Assembly (NCBI RefSeq): GCF_964355755.1
Contig: NC_092670.1
Location: 1,726,201 to 1,790,200, forward strand
DNA from: Antedon mediterranea
Taxonomy: Eukaryota; Animalia; Echinodermata
DNA: 64,000 nucleotides
Direction of reading: 5' to 3'
Under the pieces are notes generated by a model that had not been told where the DNA came from, did not search any database, and worked only from the letters and a program-made list of their open reading frames with translations. The position numbers and the translations under genes were made by a program. Shown here piece after piece: positions 27,401 through 40,726 of the stretch. Within the stretch, counting starts at the first letter, position 1. Each line of letters begins with the position of its first letter.

Positions 27401-30400
27401 CACCAGTCGGTGATTTGATTTTTCTTTCGCGATTACAGCTCAAGTACCTAGTATGACAATATGTCTATCTTACAGCTCAAGTACCTAGTATAAGTATGAC
27501 AATATGTCTATCTTTCTACAATATAAAAGTGTCTTTCACACCTGCTATGGTCCAGCTCAGGCCTGGGAAAACAAAATTGAATGGTAATGTTTCGTTTTCA
27601 CGATGCTACACACATGCATTAATCGATATGCGCATGGCCACGTGAAAACAAAACATTGATGCTCAGTTGTATTTGCAGGAGCCGGTGTGAAAGACGCTAA
27701 AAGCTGTCTACAAGTGAGTAATGATCTAAAGCAGTAATTTCAAATAGTACATTGAACAGAATTTGCCAAGGTTTTCATAAAATGCCAAATTAGGTTTTCT
27801 TCAAATATTAAATTGGGTTAAACAATATTGTTAATTTGTTACTGTCTGAAAGTTATGACAGATATTTGAAATAAAATGCTAGAAAAAACAGAAAAGCTTG
27901 TTGAACAGAAAAGTGAGGTAAACACATAAATTAGATGACAACATTTTAAAGCATTTCTGTACATCTACCTAAATATAACTTTTATATGGGATTTTTATAA
28001 AATGTATGATGTAATTGTGTTTTGTTTGTTTTATCCTATTTCTGTCGAGGAAAACAATTTTTACATGTACACATTTTTATATGGAACAAATAAAGATATT
28101 ACTGTAAGTTAGGTTGAAAAATGGAATAAAGTGGGTTAACTGCCAAAATGTTATCAATGCTATTGAGAGTAAAATGCCTTTGATGTTAAAAGAAAGAGAA
28201 ATGTTGTTTGGAATGATAAACGACTTTCATTCATGTATAAAAAGAAATGTTTTCACAAAAAAACAAAAAATTCCATAGATATTCTTTAATGTGATCTAAT
28301 CTTATTAAAAAATGTTGTATATAAATGTGAACATGAAAGATAGTAGAAGGTCAAATATTAGAATGTTATCAAACATCAAACGAAATAAAAATGTTTAGAA
28401 TCAATAGCAATAGTATGTTGACTATAAAGTGTTATCCATATTGATCTAACACCTGGTATAGAAACATTAATTTCTCTCAAATTTAGGTTCAGGGTTTGTT
28501 ATTTATAATTGATAAAATAGTTCAAAAGCTAGGAATGCAATATGCACATAGTTCAAAAGCTAGGAATGCAATATTCACACTGTAGTTATTATCTGCTGTT
28601 TTGCTTCAACACCTGTTTGTCAACAAAAAATCATCAGCAAGGCCTTAGCAAGAGATTAAAAACAGACGAGGCAAAGATGCTTTAAATATAATTATTAATA
28701 TAAAATATGACTGTGCTGGGGAATTACGGTGGGTGGTGAAAATAAAAAATGTCAGATGATGCGAGCGCCTCTTGTACCTCATGCTGGTTACAGCTCTGAT
28801 CAGTTACCTTATTAGTATGTCATGTATATTATTGTAATGTAATGTTTCCATTTGTTCATGCATACAGCAAGTCCCATCTGGTATCTAAACTGACTAGGGT
28901 CAATTTTGAATTAAAATTTCAATCATATAGCATCAAATATCACTATTAAACTTTGGTGACAATTTGTGAATTTGATTCAGAAATCTTTATGCTCAACCAT
29001 AGAGACATATAATCTCTAATGGCTCAACAGAAAATCTGTAATCAAATAAGCATTCATAATACTAAGTTTGTACATTGAGTACAAACTTAACGTTTAACTA
29101 CTCTGTAACACACTATTATTATTAATTAACTCAGTGGATAAACTATACTCAGTTCCCAATCAAATACGGCAATTGTAGGGAATTGCTCTACAAAAATTGA
29201 AACTGTACTGAATGCTCTAAAGTTTTAGTCTTGATTGACTTTAGAGGGCAGCAAACACAAATGTCAGTTAAACGAGTAGTAGTTTCTATTGACTAATGGT
29301 TTACAAAGCTGCTTGCCAAACTGAATGAGATGGAATTGTTTGTGGGTTTTCCTTTCATAAGTGCATGCTATAATCTTTGAGGAAATTAATTCATATTAAA
29401 TAATATTATTTAAGAGTGGGCACACGCCTCTGGTCAATTCTCCACCTGGTTCCCTGCCCCTCAGTATAGATCCTGCATGACCCTTAGACATAATCGTAAA
29501 GTGGAAAACTATAGTTACAAAACAAAACGTTTCCAAACTAGTCATGTCCCTTTTATGATTGAACTTTTGAACAAACTGTAACTTTTTTATTTTTTTTTGC
29601 TTGTATTATTTGAGGTAACTGCAGTCTAATTTATTCGTTTTTATATATATGTATGTATTGTTGATAGTGACTATTGATTAAATATTTTTTATAGTGTAAT
29701 ATGTATTACTAATACATATGCAATTCAGCCATGTGCTGCCATGTATGTAATTTGTATATGAATTTTGAATAAAATATACCGATATATATAAGGTATATTT
29801 TGTGTAATTTATTCATGGAATATTTGGACATCTTTACAAGAATTACACTCCAGGAAGTTATGTCACATTGTCATTGTGCCTATTATTATCACAAACCTGT
29901 ACACTGTCTTGTGAAATCCCAGCAAGTTTTGAAGTTTTCTGTTTTTCTTCAGATATTTTAGGATTTAAAATATTTTCACAAATTCTACTTAATGTTTTCT
30001 CAGCAACTCCTGAAATCTTTAATAGATCATTAGGAGATTGAAATGACCCTTGTGAAGTTCGAAGGTCAATGACATTACTCGCAAGTTTTCGTGATACACT
30101 CTTTAATTTCTGGAAATCGTTAGCACTAGCTGTGTTCATCCAATCAAGTAGAGTTGAAATTTGTTCTGGGTCAACTGGATCAATTGTTAGCTTTGAACCT
30201 CTATCCATCTGAATATTATAGTCTTGTTTATTCAGACTCACTTGGTCATCATTACTGGATATTTGATCAATTTGCTGGCCTTTAACTTCCAGATTTTGTG
30301 AAGTAACATTGTTTAAGTCATTTGATGAAAACCTGAATAAGACATGACCGCTTCGTATTTTAGGAAATACTTGAACACAATTCTAAATATCAATAACAAA

Positions 30401-31027
30401 AAACCTGTATTAATATACCATAATAAAATAGAAAAACTAAAACTTATGGACGTTATTTCCAATACCAAACGGACCAAATGAAAATACGACCGGATGTCTA
30501 ATTTTGTACCGTTAAATAAATAAATAAAACTTTTAAAAGAACTTTAGAATACAAAGATTTATGTTTAGTTAGTTATTCAAAGTAGGTCTGCTTAGTCTCT
30601 GCAGGGGCACCATTTTTTTTTTGCACCAAATCGGTAAAATCGTGTATAACATTAACATTTTGTCATTACACAACTGAATTATTTTTTTTATATTAAAATT
30701 TAAAAATAAATAAGAATTGTTCATATTTATGACTTCAATCAATTATTGATTATAACATTATTATTGCAAAAACTAAAAACTATGTTTCCTATCCTTTCCC
30801 GAGTCATGTATGATGATCACTTCCTCTAAATTCTATGATATAATTACCTTCCAGAAAAACAGCCTCGTAACCCACGCAGTTTACATAAATGACCTACCTA
30901 GCTAGGCCTAACTAAACTAGGCCTAGTCGAAACAAAATATAATAAGGCCTGGAGATAAAATAAATTGTATTTATTGAAATCATTAGAAGGAGAAAAGCCA
31001 TACCTTGGTCCACCTTGATAATAACAT
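24431..31027 (-). CDS. TEFM: Mitochondrial transcription elongation factor TEFM, about 369 aa
   Basis: Exons 31027-31004, 30897-30848, 30332-29897, 25908-25756, 24877-24431 (1110 nt). Arg-rich presequence MLLSRWTKVGHLCKLRGLRG, helix-hairpin-helix (LDWMNTASANDFQKLKSV...DLLKISGV), RuvC-like C-terminus (RHFDLMVGNRRKSG...REVLANALLQCLAF). Confidence 0.92.
27046..27315. repeat. 30-bp minisatellite x9 in a TEFM intron
   Basis: GTACTTTAGGGTACACTCTGGTAGAAAGGT x9; this explains the repetitive ORFs at 27029-27418. Confidence 0.97.
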
Positions 31028-31864
31028 GATGAATATTACTTTTAAAGTAAAATAATAAACTTATCTTCCGGTCCGATCCTCCTCTCATGAAACGCACATG
31101 TCAGCCAAAAAAACAAACAACTCGGCTGTTCCTCTAAAAGCCCGGCCGCCGTGTAATCTCAGTGTAATATCTGTTATTCACACGGACGACATGATAAGTA
31201 ACTTTAGGCCTGCCGATGCATGAACAGCGGTCTTTAATTGGTGGTCCCGTTTGTGGTATAGTACTTAAGTCTAAAGAATAATGTATTATCTAGGTATGAT
31301 TTTCAAATAAATATACTTGAAATAAGAATATAATTAGTTGCTGTTACTGTATTTTTTCCGAAGTTATTTTATTTTTTAAAACCATGGTGTGTCCGACTAA
31401 TTCTGAGGTTATCGGACTCTCCGCCCACAAATTTAATTTGTTATTATACCCCGTATTATACACACCTTTTAATATTCATATAATAATATAGTAGCGTGTG
31501 TCCTTTTATTAGAAAAATGTTCTTCGTTCACTTGTATGGAAAAAGAATAGAACACACACCAGGCGTCTTGGTGATAATGTCTAAGACATTGTTTGTATAT
31601 AACAGCACACTAAGTGTAGGCCTAATACTTTATTTTAAAAACAAATTTTAAAAATGAAAATGCAGAATCGTCAAATATGGTTTCAAGCGATCACCAAAAA
31701 TATTTCACATCATAACTGTTTCGGCATCATCACGCGATCAATCATTGACATTCTTGTTGATGGTCCGCTTCATCATGTTGTATGACGTCATCGCAATATC
31801 TACCTGACATCATTTCCCTATTATACCCCAATTTTCAATTTGCTCCCCTAATTTGTAATCGTCT

Positions 31865-34800
31865 CTATACTAGAATACCCTCGCAGTCTTCACCGCTACA
31901 GTCGTAAAATGGGAATACGTCAGGAATGATGTTCACCTCCGTTGTAAAAGTTAATGTTGTGTTTGACTTTCCGGGAAACGAGGCCTATATGGAATAAGAT
32001 TAAGATAAAATTCGTTGTTTTAATATGGTGTATATAATTACAATAACGGTCTCCTTATAAAAGGTATATGATCAAAATCTTCTAAAAAATAAAAAGAAAA
32101 GAAAGACATTAGGAATATTCAATAAGTCTTTTGAGTTGATAGAATAAAAAACTGGTTTTAAAGGAGGATATTGTATTAATTACCTCAATAAAGAAGCATG
32201 ACCAGCCCTGCAAGGGGTTTTCGAATTCGGCAACATATTCACCTACAGCCTGTAACGAAAAACAAATGAAAATGCACAATATAGGAGAACAAAATCGCTG
32301 CGCAGTCATCATTCAATCAGAAATCGTGCTGCGCAGATCAGTCAAATATCGCAAGTTCAATATTACCATTGTACTACAATATCTTAAATTATTCAGTGTT
32401 CATTGTTTCTACCATACATGGACTCAACTGCTCAATAACAACAGGTAAATTACTTACCGTTTTGTGTACATCATACTTTAAATATATGATAGGCTGGACC
32501 TTAGGAGTCCTGTCGACACCTGGTTCTGTTGCTACAAGAAGTCTAAAATCCCGCCTGTAATTAATTTTATAAATAACTGTGTTAATTGCTTGTATTTGTT
32601 GCAAGGAATTTAATTGACTATCTTGTAGATAAGTTTGCAGAACCACAAACGGATTGGAAGTGGATATTTTATAGAAGACACTACAAAGTTGTTAAACTTT
32701 CTTAAGTTAACAACTTAGCTTGGCTGCGCGCTCTTCTTCTGCAGCAAAACTTGAAGAGACATTTGGGTTGCCCTGACGCACCTTGAATTAGTGTACATAC
32801 CTTTTACTAGTAAGCGAAGTAGTCGCCATCCACGTTCGAATCAACATTGGTTCAGTGTCTGTTTGAACTCTAATAGATCCGTGAGTGACATTCTTGTTTT
32901 AAAAATAAAAGAAATTATGGAATAAAATCATTTAAAAAGGAACTGTTTAAACGCAACTAGTGGTATAGGCCTATTATATTGGCACAGTACTGATTTTATA
33001 CTTTACTTACCTTTTTAAAATTTACAAACTCTTACTTATAACTTACTGTGTTTAGTTTCCAGGTGAATTTTGGAAGTTTATAATCCTACATGTAAACAAA
33101 AGTGAATTTGTTAGTTATTAATCAATTTGAAAGCGATACATTTATGATGCATCGTAATTATATTGTTAGTCCCCTTGCCTTCCCATATTTGGATCGGCGT
33201 TTGATTTTCTACTTTTACTTTTGAAAATGCAGGATTTATTCATTTGGAAATGTAATAATTAGACTTACATCAACAACAGCAATAAAGAAAGCGGACAGTT
33301 GAAACAGCAGCGCTTCGTGATGTAATATAAGACTGTGCTCAGCGTCCGGAATGACTCTGGGAAGAAACAAATTCATACACGTACAATGTCAAAGTTCAAA
33401 AGGTTTCAAAAAGAGAACTGATCAGTGTATGTTCAATGGTCAACATTTAATACTTACCTGAGATAGGCGGGTCCTTTCATTTGATCGTAGTAATAATGTG
33501 AATCATCTGGTAGGAAGAATTCATCACTCGAACTACTGATGATGTACTTGGGCATAGTCAGACGATCAATGTATGCTACAAAGTTCAAGGGTCATAAATT
33601 AGCAATATTTTCAGGTGTCAAATAGGAGCCTTTAAACACAGAAACTAAGTTTCCACTTCTTTTAGACGACAGCCAACAATAATATGCCTATCTGAAAGCC
33701 TGGGGAAATATTTTAGATAACGCACCATAAGGATCAACGATGTCACACATCTTCTGCGTGTTCAGATCGTCCAGATATCTTGTAAAGTTTTCTTCATAAT
33801 AATCTTCTAGTGCAAATGTCCAGCCTCCTAGGGAACGATAATGGTGATGTAGATTCTGCAAAAAACATGATTAAAAGTGTAATTTATAATTCCAGTGAAC
33901 AGTACAACACTACGAACTCGCCAAACTTTGCCAACTCTTAGTCTTAGTTTGCCATGGAGAAGTTTGTGATTCGTGTGTAAACTAGCTAAAACTAAAGTAG
34001 GCCTAGGCTGTCATAGAGGACCACCACACGGCTGAAAAGAATACTCAACACCCGAAAGATTGTTTTATTGATTCGCCAACTAATTGGAAGTTTGTCGATT
34101 GGACTACCAATTCGAGGTTTAAAATGAAACACTACAAAAGCCTTGACTACATCACTGACAATGTTTTGTTTGCAAACTTGAGCAAACTCCAAATTTGTCC
34201 AGAAAAAAAAAAACACTTTTTTTCGCTAGTGAGAGATAGATTTCAGGATAATGAATTGTGTGATTAGTTGAACTTTACCTTTACAAAATTAAGACAATCT
34301 AAGACCATCGGAGCAATTCCAACTACACGTTTGTCGACGGCGCCCACTGTCCACGTCGTCCAACCTCTCTGCAAAACAAATCATTGTAACAATCAAACAA
34401 TCAACCTATCAAATTCAATTTCTATGAAAACAAATCTGAATTACCTTAGATGCTCCTGCAACAACGAATCTTTTCAAGTTTACATCTGACCTTAGACCTT
34501 TAACAAAATCAGTCATTGTATCCATTGCTCTTACACCTGCCTGAAAATAACACGTTAATTTTGTAATTATCTTTTTAAAAATAAATCGTCACCACCACAA
34601 TCTGCCAGTCGGAATATCGGATTCGTTGGTACCTTTGTCATCGGCATTCTTAGCAACCAGTACGGTTCATCAGTCCCGTTCTCAACGAAATGCCTCCATG
34701 TGAACGCAATGATCGCGTCCTCTTTACGTCGTTTCTGCAAAGGATCTCCCTACAAAAGCCACAAGACGATAAGTTAGTGTAAGTTTATTAAGTTAGTATC

Positions 34801-36150
34801 ATTTCTAAGTTCATTGAGTTTTATAGTATATTCTTAGAGTATATTTGACATCTTACCGGAAAGACGATTGGTTGATTTGGCACTTGCCGTAGAACTGCGC
34901 AAACTCTGTAAAAAAAAGTAAGTACAATTTCATGTAAATAAACACAGCAGACTACCTTAGCTATGTAGATTTGAACTGGGCCACGAATGGCGCCATTTAC
35001 AAATGAAGCAATCACAACGATTTTATCCGGCTACCAAGAGTTTAAACATTTCTTTAACAAATATCAAATGGGCCTACAGACACTTACGATCCAGTCTGCA
35101 ATGCTGCCAACGACATAAGCAAGGTTTCAGCGTCCGTTAGAGCATCCGGAGGACTAGAAGATAATTGAGGAGTGCATCGGCATAAATGTAAATTTCAAAT
35201 AAACAAAACAAAGATATTTATACTTTACGAAAAAATAAATAGATACCTGTCTGTGTTACTACCGCCAGTAATGTAGAGGAACGCGGAGTCTGGTCGAGTG
35301 ATCTCATCTGGGATGGTAATCGCCAAATAATGCCACCAAATGGACTGGCCAACTTGTTCGTCTGACGACAAAGAAAGTAAGTTGTCATAACATTAATTAG
35401 TGCTGTGCAATGCCGTTTAGCAAACTTAATTCACTAAATTTGTCACCAACTTAAGCTTGGTTCCCACTAGAACGTAACGCAAGGACGTAAACGCAACGCA
35501 AGCATTTTAACAAATGGCAAGCGAAGTTATAGACAGTTAGCAATCACAAGCGAATAAGCCATCGCTTGTGATTGGTCAATTCACTTGCGTTGCGTCCTTG
35601 CGTTGCGTCGCTAGTGGGGAACCACGCTTTATGCGTGGATTTGTTTTGGCGACTATTCATTGTACAATAAATAATTATATTGGTATAGTTATAATTATTA
35701 TAAATAATATTGAGATGATGAGATATAAATTGTTGCGCTAATCAAAAGTAACTGTACACAATGAGTTTTGTTCACAAAGAGAAAACTATACACCATAGGT
35801 AGACTTAATATCTATAATAATAGTAAATCCGGTTCTTTTATGTGAAATTTGTAAGCCGATTCTGTGAGTAATTCAGCAACGTATAGGAATTAATAATAAG
35901 AAATATAAAAGCAAGAAATATAAAATTCAGTCATTTGAGGCTAATACAAATAATTATTTACTTTACCTGTCAGCCATTTCTGTGACGTCATATTCAACAT
36001 GTACGTTGTGTATCCTTTTACGCGTACTGTGTAGTCGCTTAGCAACTTGTATGAGTAGTGCGAGTCCGGTGCGTTTACATAGTCGTCCAATGGGGTGCCA
36101 GCAGCGAGAAATATGAACATCTGCAATATAAACACGCTAAAAAATGCCAT
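31865..36150 (-). CDS. PqaA / autocrine proliferation repressor A (AprA)-like secreted protein, 488 aa, 15 exons
   Basis: Exons 36150-35967, 35361-35247, 35153-35088, 34905-34857, 34749-34633, 34540-34445, 34368-34279, 33855-33726, 33575-33458, 33356-33269, 33085-33047, 32892-32801, 32554-32458, 32249-32184, 31984-31865 (1467 nt, in frame). Signal peptide then TPLDDYV, LNMTSQKW, WWHYL, QVPNQP, EDAIIAFTW, LRMPMTKA, VAGASKRGWTTW, DEFFLPD, PDAEH. Confidence 0.92.
35454..35628. mobile_element. MITE family B (PIF/Harbinger-like, TTA TSD)
   Basis: TIR AGCTTGGTTCCCACTAG...CTAGTGGGGAACCACGCT flanked by TTA, with inner inverted ACGCAACGCAAG/CTTGCGTTGCGT. Related copies at about 3195-3378, 13058-13220, 16482-16595 and 56500-56730. 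Confidence 0.8.
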
Positions 36151-36976
36151 ATTTCAGCAAGATGAAAACTTCTCTTTTTGTAAAGGGGCTTCACTAGTTT
36201 GTCACGAGTTCAAACAGGAGACAAAGTCGATCCTGTTATCTCCTAAACTGAGCTTGTATTTAACACTCTTATCTAGGCTGTATTTATATTACACTGTATA
36301 CTTTAAAAGACGAAAATAGACGACAACACAAACAAAAGCAATTATATATAATTGTTAAGAACCAGTATTGGATAAAGTTACACTTCCTTGTCACGTGGTA
36401 GACCATGTTACTATTAAGCACCAGCTTCGGTTTCGATCGTGACTAACCGGTAATTTATTTATTTCCGCTGATTTAATAATTGATTTTATTGTGTTTCAAG
36501 TTATAAATACACATCCTAAACCCTCTTTTTGAACTAAAATCACTAATTTGTATGATATTTAATTGTTCAATTGGTAAACAAATACTGTACAAATGGGTTT
36601 CCCCTAAATTTATACTAAAAGAAAAAGACAGAAAGACGAAAATAAGTGGTACAAACTTGTATATTTATTCAATACTTTCTATAGGCCTATCATTTGTTAA
36701 AAGTTTTGTTTTTTTCTGCTTTCATTTATTTCCCTCGGACCAAAATCCTTTACTGATTTAATCAAGATAGTTCCGTTTTGGAAGTCTACACTTACATTAA
36801 ACATTTGTAGGTTTGTTTGTTTTTTCCAGTGGTGAGAAAATGAACAAAGTTATTGAAAATTATTACATACAGGTAAAAGAAAGCTTCTGATTATTGTTTC
36901 TCTATCAACTTTTATTTCTTTGTTTTTAATGCAAACAAGTTTAGCTATGATTAACATGAGTGAGTGTAACCGCAGC

Positions 36977-39911
36977 TTAACTCATGTTCCAGACAACAAG
37001 TTGACCGTCAACACCGGTGCTGCTCAGTTTACTCACAGACTCTTTTGTTCCTGTGTGAATGGACACTTGACTGAAAATATTAAAATTGTACAAATTGTTA
37101 TTGTTATTGTTACTTTTATCAAACAGTTTACCAGTTTATTAACTAAAAATGCTTCAATTTCGATGAATTTGCAGAATGTTTTGATGGTTTTTTTTTCTAA
37201 AAATCAATTATTTCTTTTCTTTATTTTTATGTTTTTTAATTTTTAATGTTATTATAAAAGAAATAAATGTGAAGAATAGTTTGTTATTTGAACCATTCAA
37301 ACAAAATTGAGATATTTAACATTTAATTCAAACTGCTTTTGTTAATGTATTGTATTGTGTATTTTATGGATAGCAATAAATATTACAAACAAACTTACGT
37401 AATAGAGTTCTGATGCACAGTGTTTTTGCCTTTCTCTTCATCAGTTGTTGCCAACTTGTCCATTTTCTGAAACATCGCCATGGCACTGACTTTGCCAGCC
37501 GCCTTCTTAGATGCCACAGCGATCTTCTTCACAAAAGTTATTTTACCATTGGCCTCCACCGAGTATCTCATCAGCTCACAGTCATGTCCCTAACATAATG
37601 AAAATAAAATGAATATAAGAATTAAGTAATAAAGTCATTTTCCACCTTGAAAACAAAATCATGCTTTATAGTGGTTGACTTGGTTATTCTTTGCTGACTT
37701 ACTTACTCTTTGCTGACTTACTTACTCTTTGCTGACTTAGTTACTCTTTGCTGACTTAGTTACTCTTTGCTGACTTAGTTACTCTTTGCTGACTTAGTTA
37801 CTCTTTGCTGACTTAGTTACTCTTTGCTGACTTAGTTACTCTTTGCTGACTTAGTTACTCTTTGCTGACTTAGTTACTCTTTGCTGACTTAGTTACTCTT
37901 TGCTGACTTAGTTACTCTTTGCTGACTTAGTTACTCTTTGCTGACTTAGTTACTCTTTGCTGACTTAGTTACTCTTTGCTGACTTAGTTACTCTTTGCTG
38001 ACTTAGTTACTCTTTGCTGATTGCCTAATAAAATCAAGTCACGGACCAATAAACCTTAAATCACAATCCACAACTTACACCAACGATCAAAGCACTTGGA
38101 TTGATCCAGGAGCATGTCAAGAATGGTAGGTATGGCGTCCTAGTTGTGGTGACTGACGAATCAGAAGCAGCATCCACCACGTTGATTGTGCTGTTGTGAC
38201 ACACCCAAGCTAGACGGTTACCATCACTACTGAAGCTGACATCATGGATCCAACCTCCGGCAGTGGTGACCTCGCTCATCAGGTTCCCAAAGGACATCTT
38301 TTTGCCCCATGGAGTACTGTCAGGTTTCTGAGCTTCTATCTCCTTTACATAGGTGGAGAAGACTCTAAAACAAAAAGATATATATAATTTGGTAATACAA
38401 GTTCCAGTACAAGTATACGTACACAGTATAAGTACATACTTGTAGCCAATTAAACTAGCTTTGTATAGTACTGTAAATGTATTAAGTACATATAATGATT
38501 GTGAGAGAGGTTTTAGAGTGGGAAAAGGCATGCTAGAGGTAGAGGAGAGAATAATGGGAGATGTCACATAACCATGCTTTAGTAATACCTGACTTTGAAG
38601 TCGGTTGAACCACAACCCAGCAGTACATTGTTGGGGTGCCAGTCAAGACAAGTCACAGTTGAGCGAATCGGCTTCTTGATATGTTTACTCACCCACCTAT
38701 GGATAAAAAATTACTATGAGTCTACTATCTATTTGGATTACTGGAGAAACTACATATTACTGCAGCAACTGTCTTGCTAATTTTGTTGTTTAGATTGACT
38801 GTACTGTAATAATTCACAGAAATGTTTTACATTTACTGCAGCAGTGTCTGCAATTAAAACACCAGTGTCTGCAATTAAAACGACAGTGTTTACAATTTCT
38901 GCAGCAGTGTCTAAAATGACTGTGAAAAGATCATTCAATTACTACAGGATATCCCTTTGATTTCTGCAATAATCTTAGTAAAATCAGTTCATCTTTAATA
39001 CTTACCAATCATTTTCCTTCTCAAAGTAACAGATAGAAATCAAGCGGGCACCACTTCCAACAGCGAACTTGTCCTCTAACAAAAAAGAAGCAAAACAAAA
39101 TAATTGTGAAAATTTGTTAAATATAATTCACTTTTTGATATGTTCAGACAAAAATGATTAACGAACCTCTAGGAGACCATTTGACGCAAGTTGCGGCACG
39201 ATTAATACGCAGAATGACAAGCGTTGGCCGCCATTCGCCTTTGCCGTTAAGTACCCACACATAAGCATTACGATCAGTACCACATGTGACAATGCGGTTA
39301 CTAGAGGCTGCCCAGTCAATACTTGTTACACGTTGAGTGTGCTGTAAAGAAAAAGGAAAGAAGGGTTGTAACTCACAACTCTCTCAACTCCACTCCTTAA
39401 GCCTCAAATGAGACTTAGTTTATAACCATGATCAATTATAAAATAGTTTATTAATCCTGTAATTGGCTGTTGGATGTGTATGAAATAAATAACAAAAACC
39501 TAAAAAAAACATTGTTATTTTGATAAATGAATTGTGCCTACATATGTACTCAGTATAGTAGTAGTGTTTTATACTGTCTACCATATTTTCATTCGTTACC
39601 TCATTCATTGTGAAGGTCTTCTCCCATCCACCGCCTTTCTTGTTGTAGATGTGTACCTCATGACTATTTGGTGAAATAGCAATTTCTATACAAAATAAAT
39701 CATCAATAAACTCAATCATAAAAATAAAAAAATAATCAATTCAATATATAAAATCAAATGTGTATTATTATATGGATTTTCAAACGTTTCAAAATACATT
39801 TAAAAAAAGTATGTTTAAAACTAATAACATTTGTACAAATGACTTACGGGTACGATCACCATTCCATGCATGGCATGTTACAGGTTCAACTCCAAAACTG
39901 AACTTTTCCAT
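36977..39911 (-). CDS. ARPC1: Arp2/3 complex subunit 1 (p41, WD40), 357 aa
   Basis: Exons 39911-39848, 39685-39600, 39341-39167, 39075-39006, 38696-38589, 38364-38079, 37589-37399, 37070-36977. [69 protein letters not shown]. Confidence 0.97.
37684..38020. repeat. 19-bp minisatellite, about 18 units, in an ARPC1 intron
   Basis: TTACTCTTTGCTGACTTAG tandem array. Confidence 0.97.
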
Positions 39912-40233
39912 TTTTTTATTTTTTTTTAATTATCTTTCCTTCTACAATTATGAACAAAATAAAACTTGATTAGATAGAGATCATGATAAAAGTGAAGGTA
40001 TTTTTATGAGCAAATTATTTTACAACTTTAATTTATTTTAATTTTACAACTAAAAAATTCTTGTTCCTTCTTTGATCAAAGGGTGTGGCATCGACAAGGA
40101 AGAAGCCATCGTTCAGTGTGACTTACTTCCCATAATAATGTTGTGTGCATACCGGCCTAACTAAGCTTCACTTAAATACGGTTAAATAAACCATATATGA
40201 CATAAAACTAGTAAATATTTTAACTCATACTTA

Positions 40234-40726
40234 CATTATATGATTATAAACAACTGTGTTTGAATTTATAATAATTGGAAGGTAAATTTTTAACGATTTT
40301 GTCCGCGGACTCTGGTCAGTCTACACGAACTGTTAAGCGTAGAAAAAATTCCAAAAACCCAACGCGGAAGTAAGTTTTGGTATGGAATGCTTAGAGCGCC
40401 TTTAACTTACAACAAAATCAATATTTATATTATATTTACCGAGCCAGAGAGAGAACACTGTCAAAACGTACATGATATAAATTGAATTTAAAATTATGCC
40501 TAATTGTATTTGGTATTAAAAGTATCCACGAATTTGCAGGAAAAATAAAGTAAGGAGCATGCTGCATCAATTTTGTCCGTTTCAGAATTGCATACCCGGA
40601 CTGTTTACATAACACGGTTGGTTGACTTTCAGCGTTACGGATGAGAGAGTTTACTTTGGAACATTTTTCATTAAATCGAATAATATAAAAAATATTAATT
40701 TACCTAGCTTCAGATTCTAGAAACGG
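40234..40726. promoter_or_regulatory. Putative bidirectional promoter and non-coding first exons of ARPC1 (-) and MPST (+)
   Basis: Minus-strand donor GTAAGT at 40234 and plus-strand donor G|GTAAGT at 40726. ETS-like CGGAAGT at about 40365. Both CDSs have acceptors just upstream of their ATGs (about 39942 and 48557). Confidence 0.55.

Noticed and set aside
27029-27418. Repetitive ORFs (STRVYPKVHL)n and their other frames
   Set aside because: By-product of a 30-bp minisatellite inside a TEFM intron.
29858-30241. ComEA-like helix-hairpin-helix ORF suggesting a bacterial competence gene or HGT
   Set aside because: It is an internal exon of nuclear-encoded TEFM, in frame with flanking exons.
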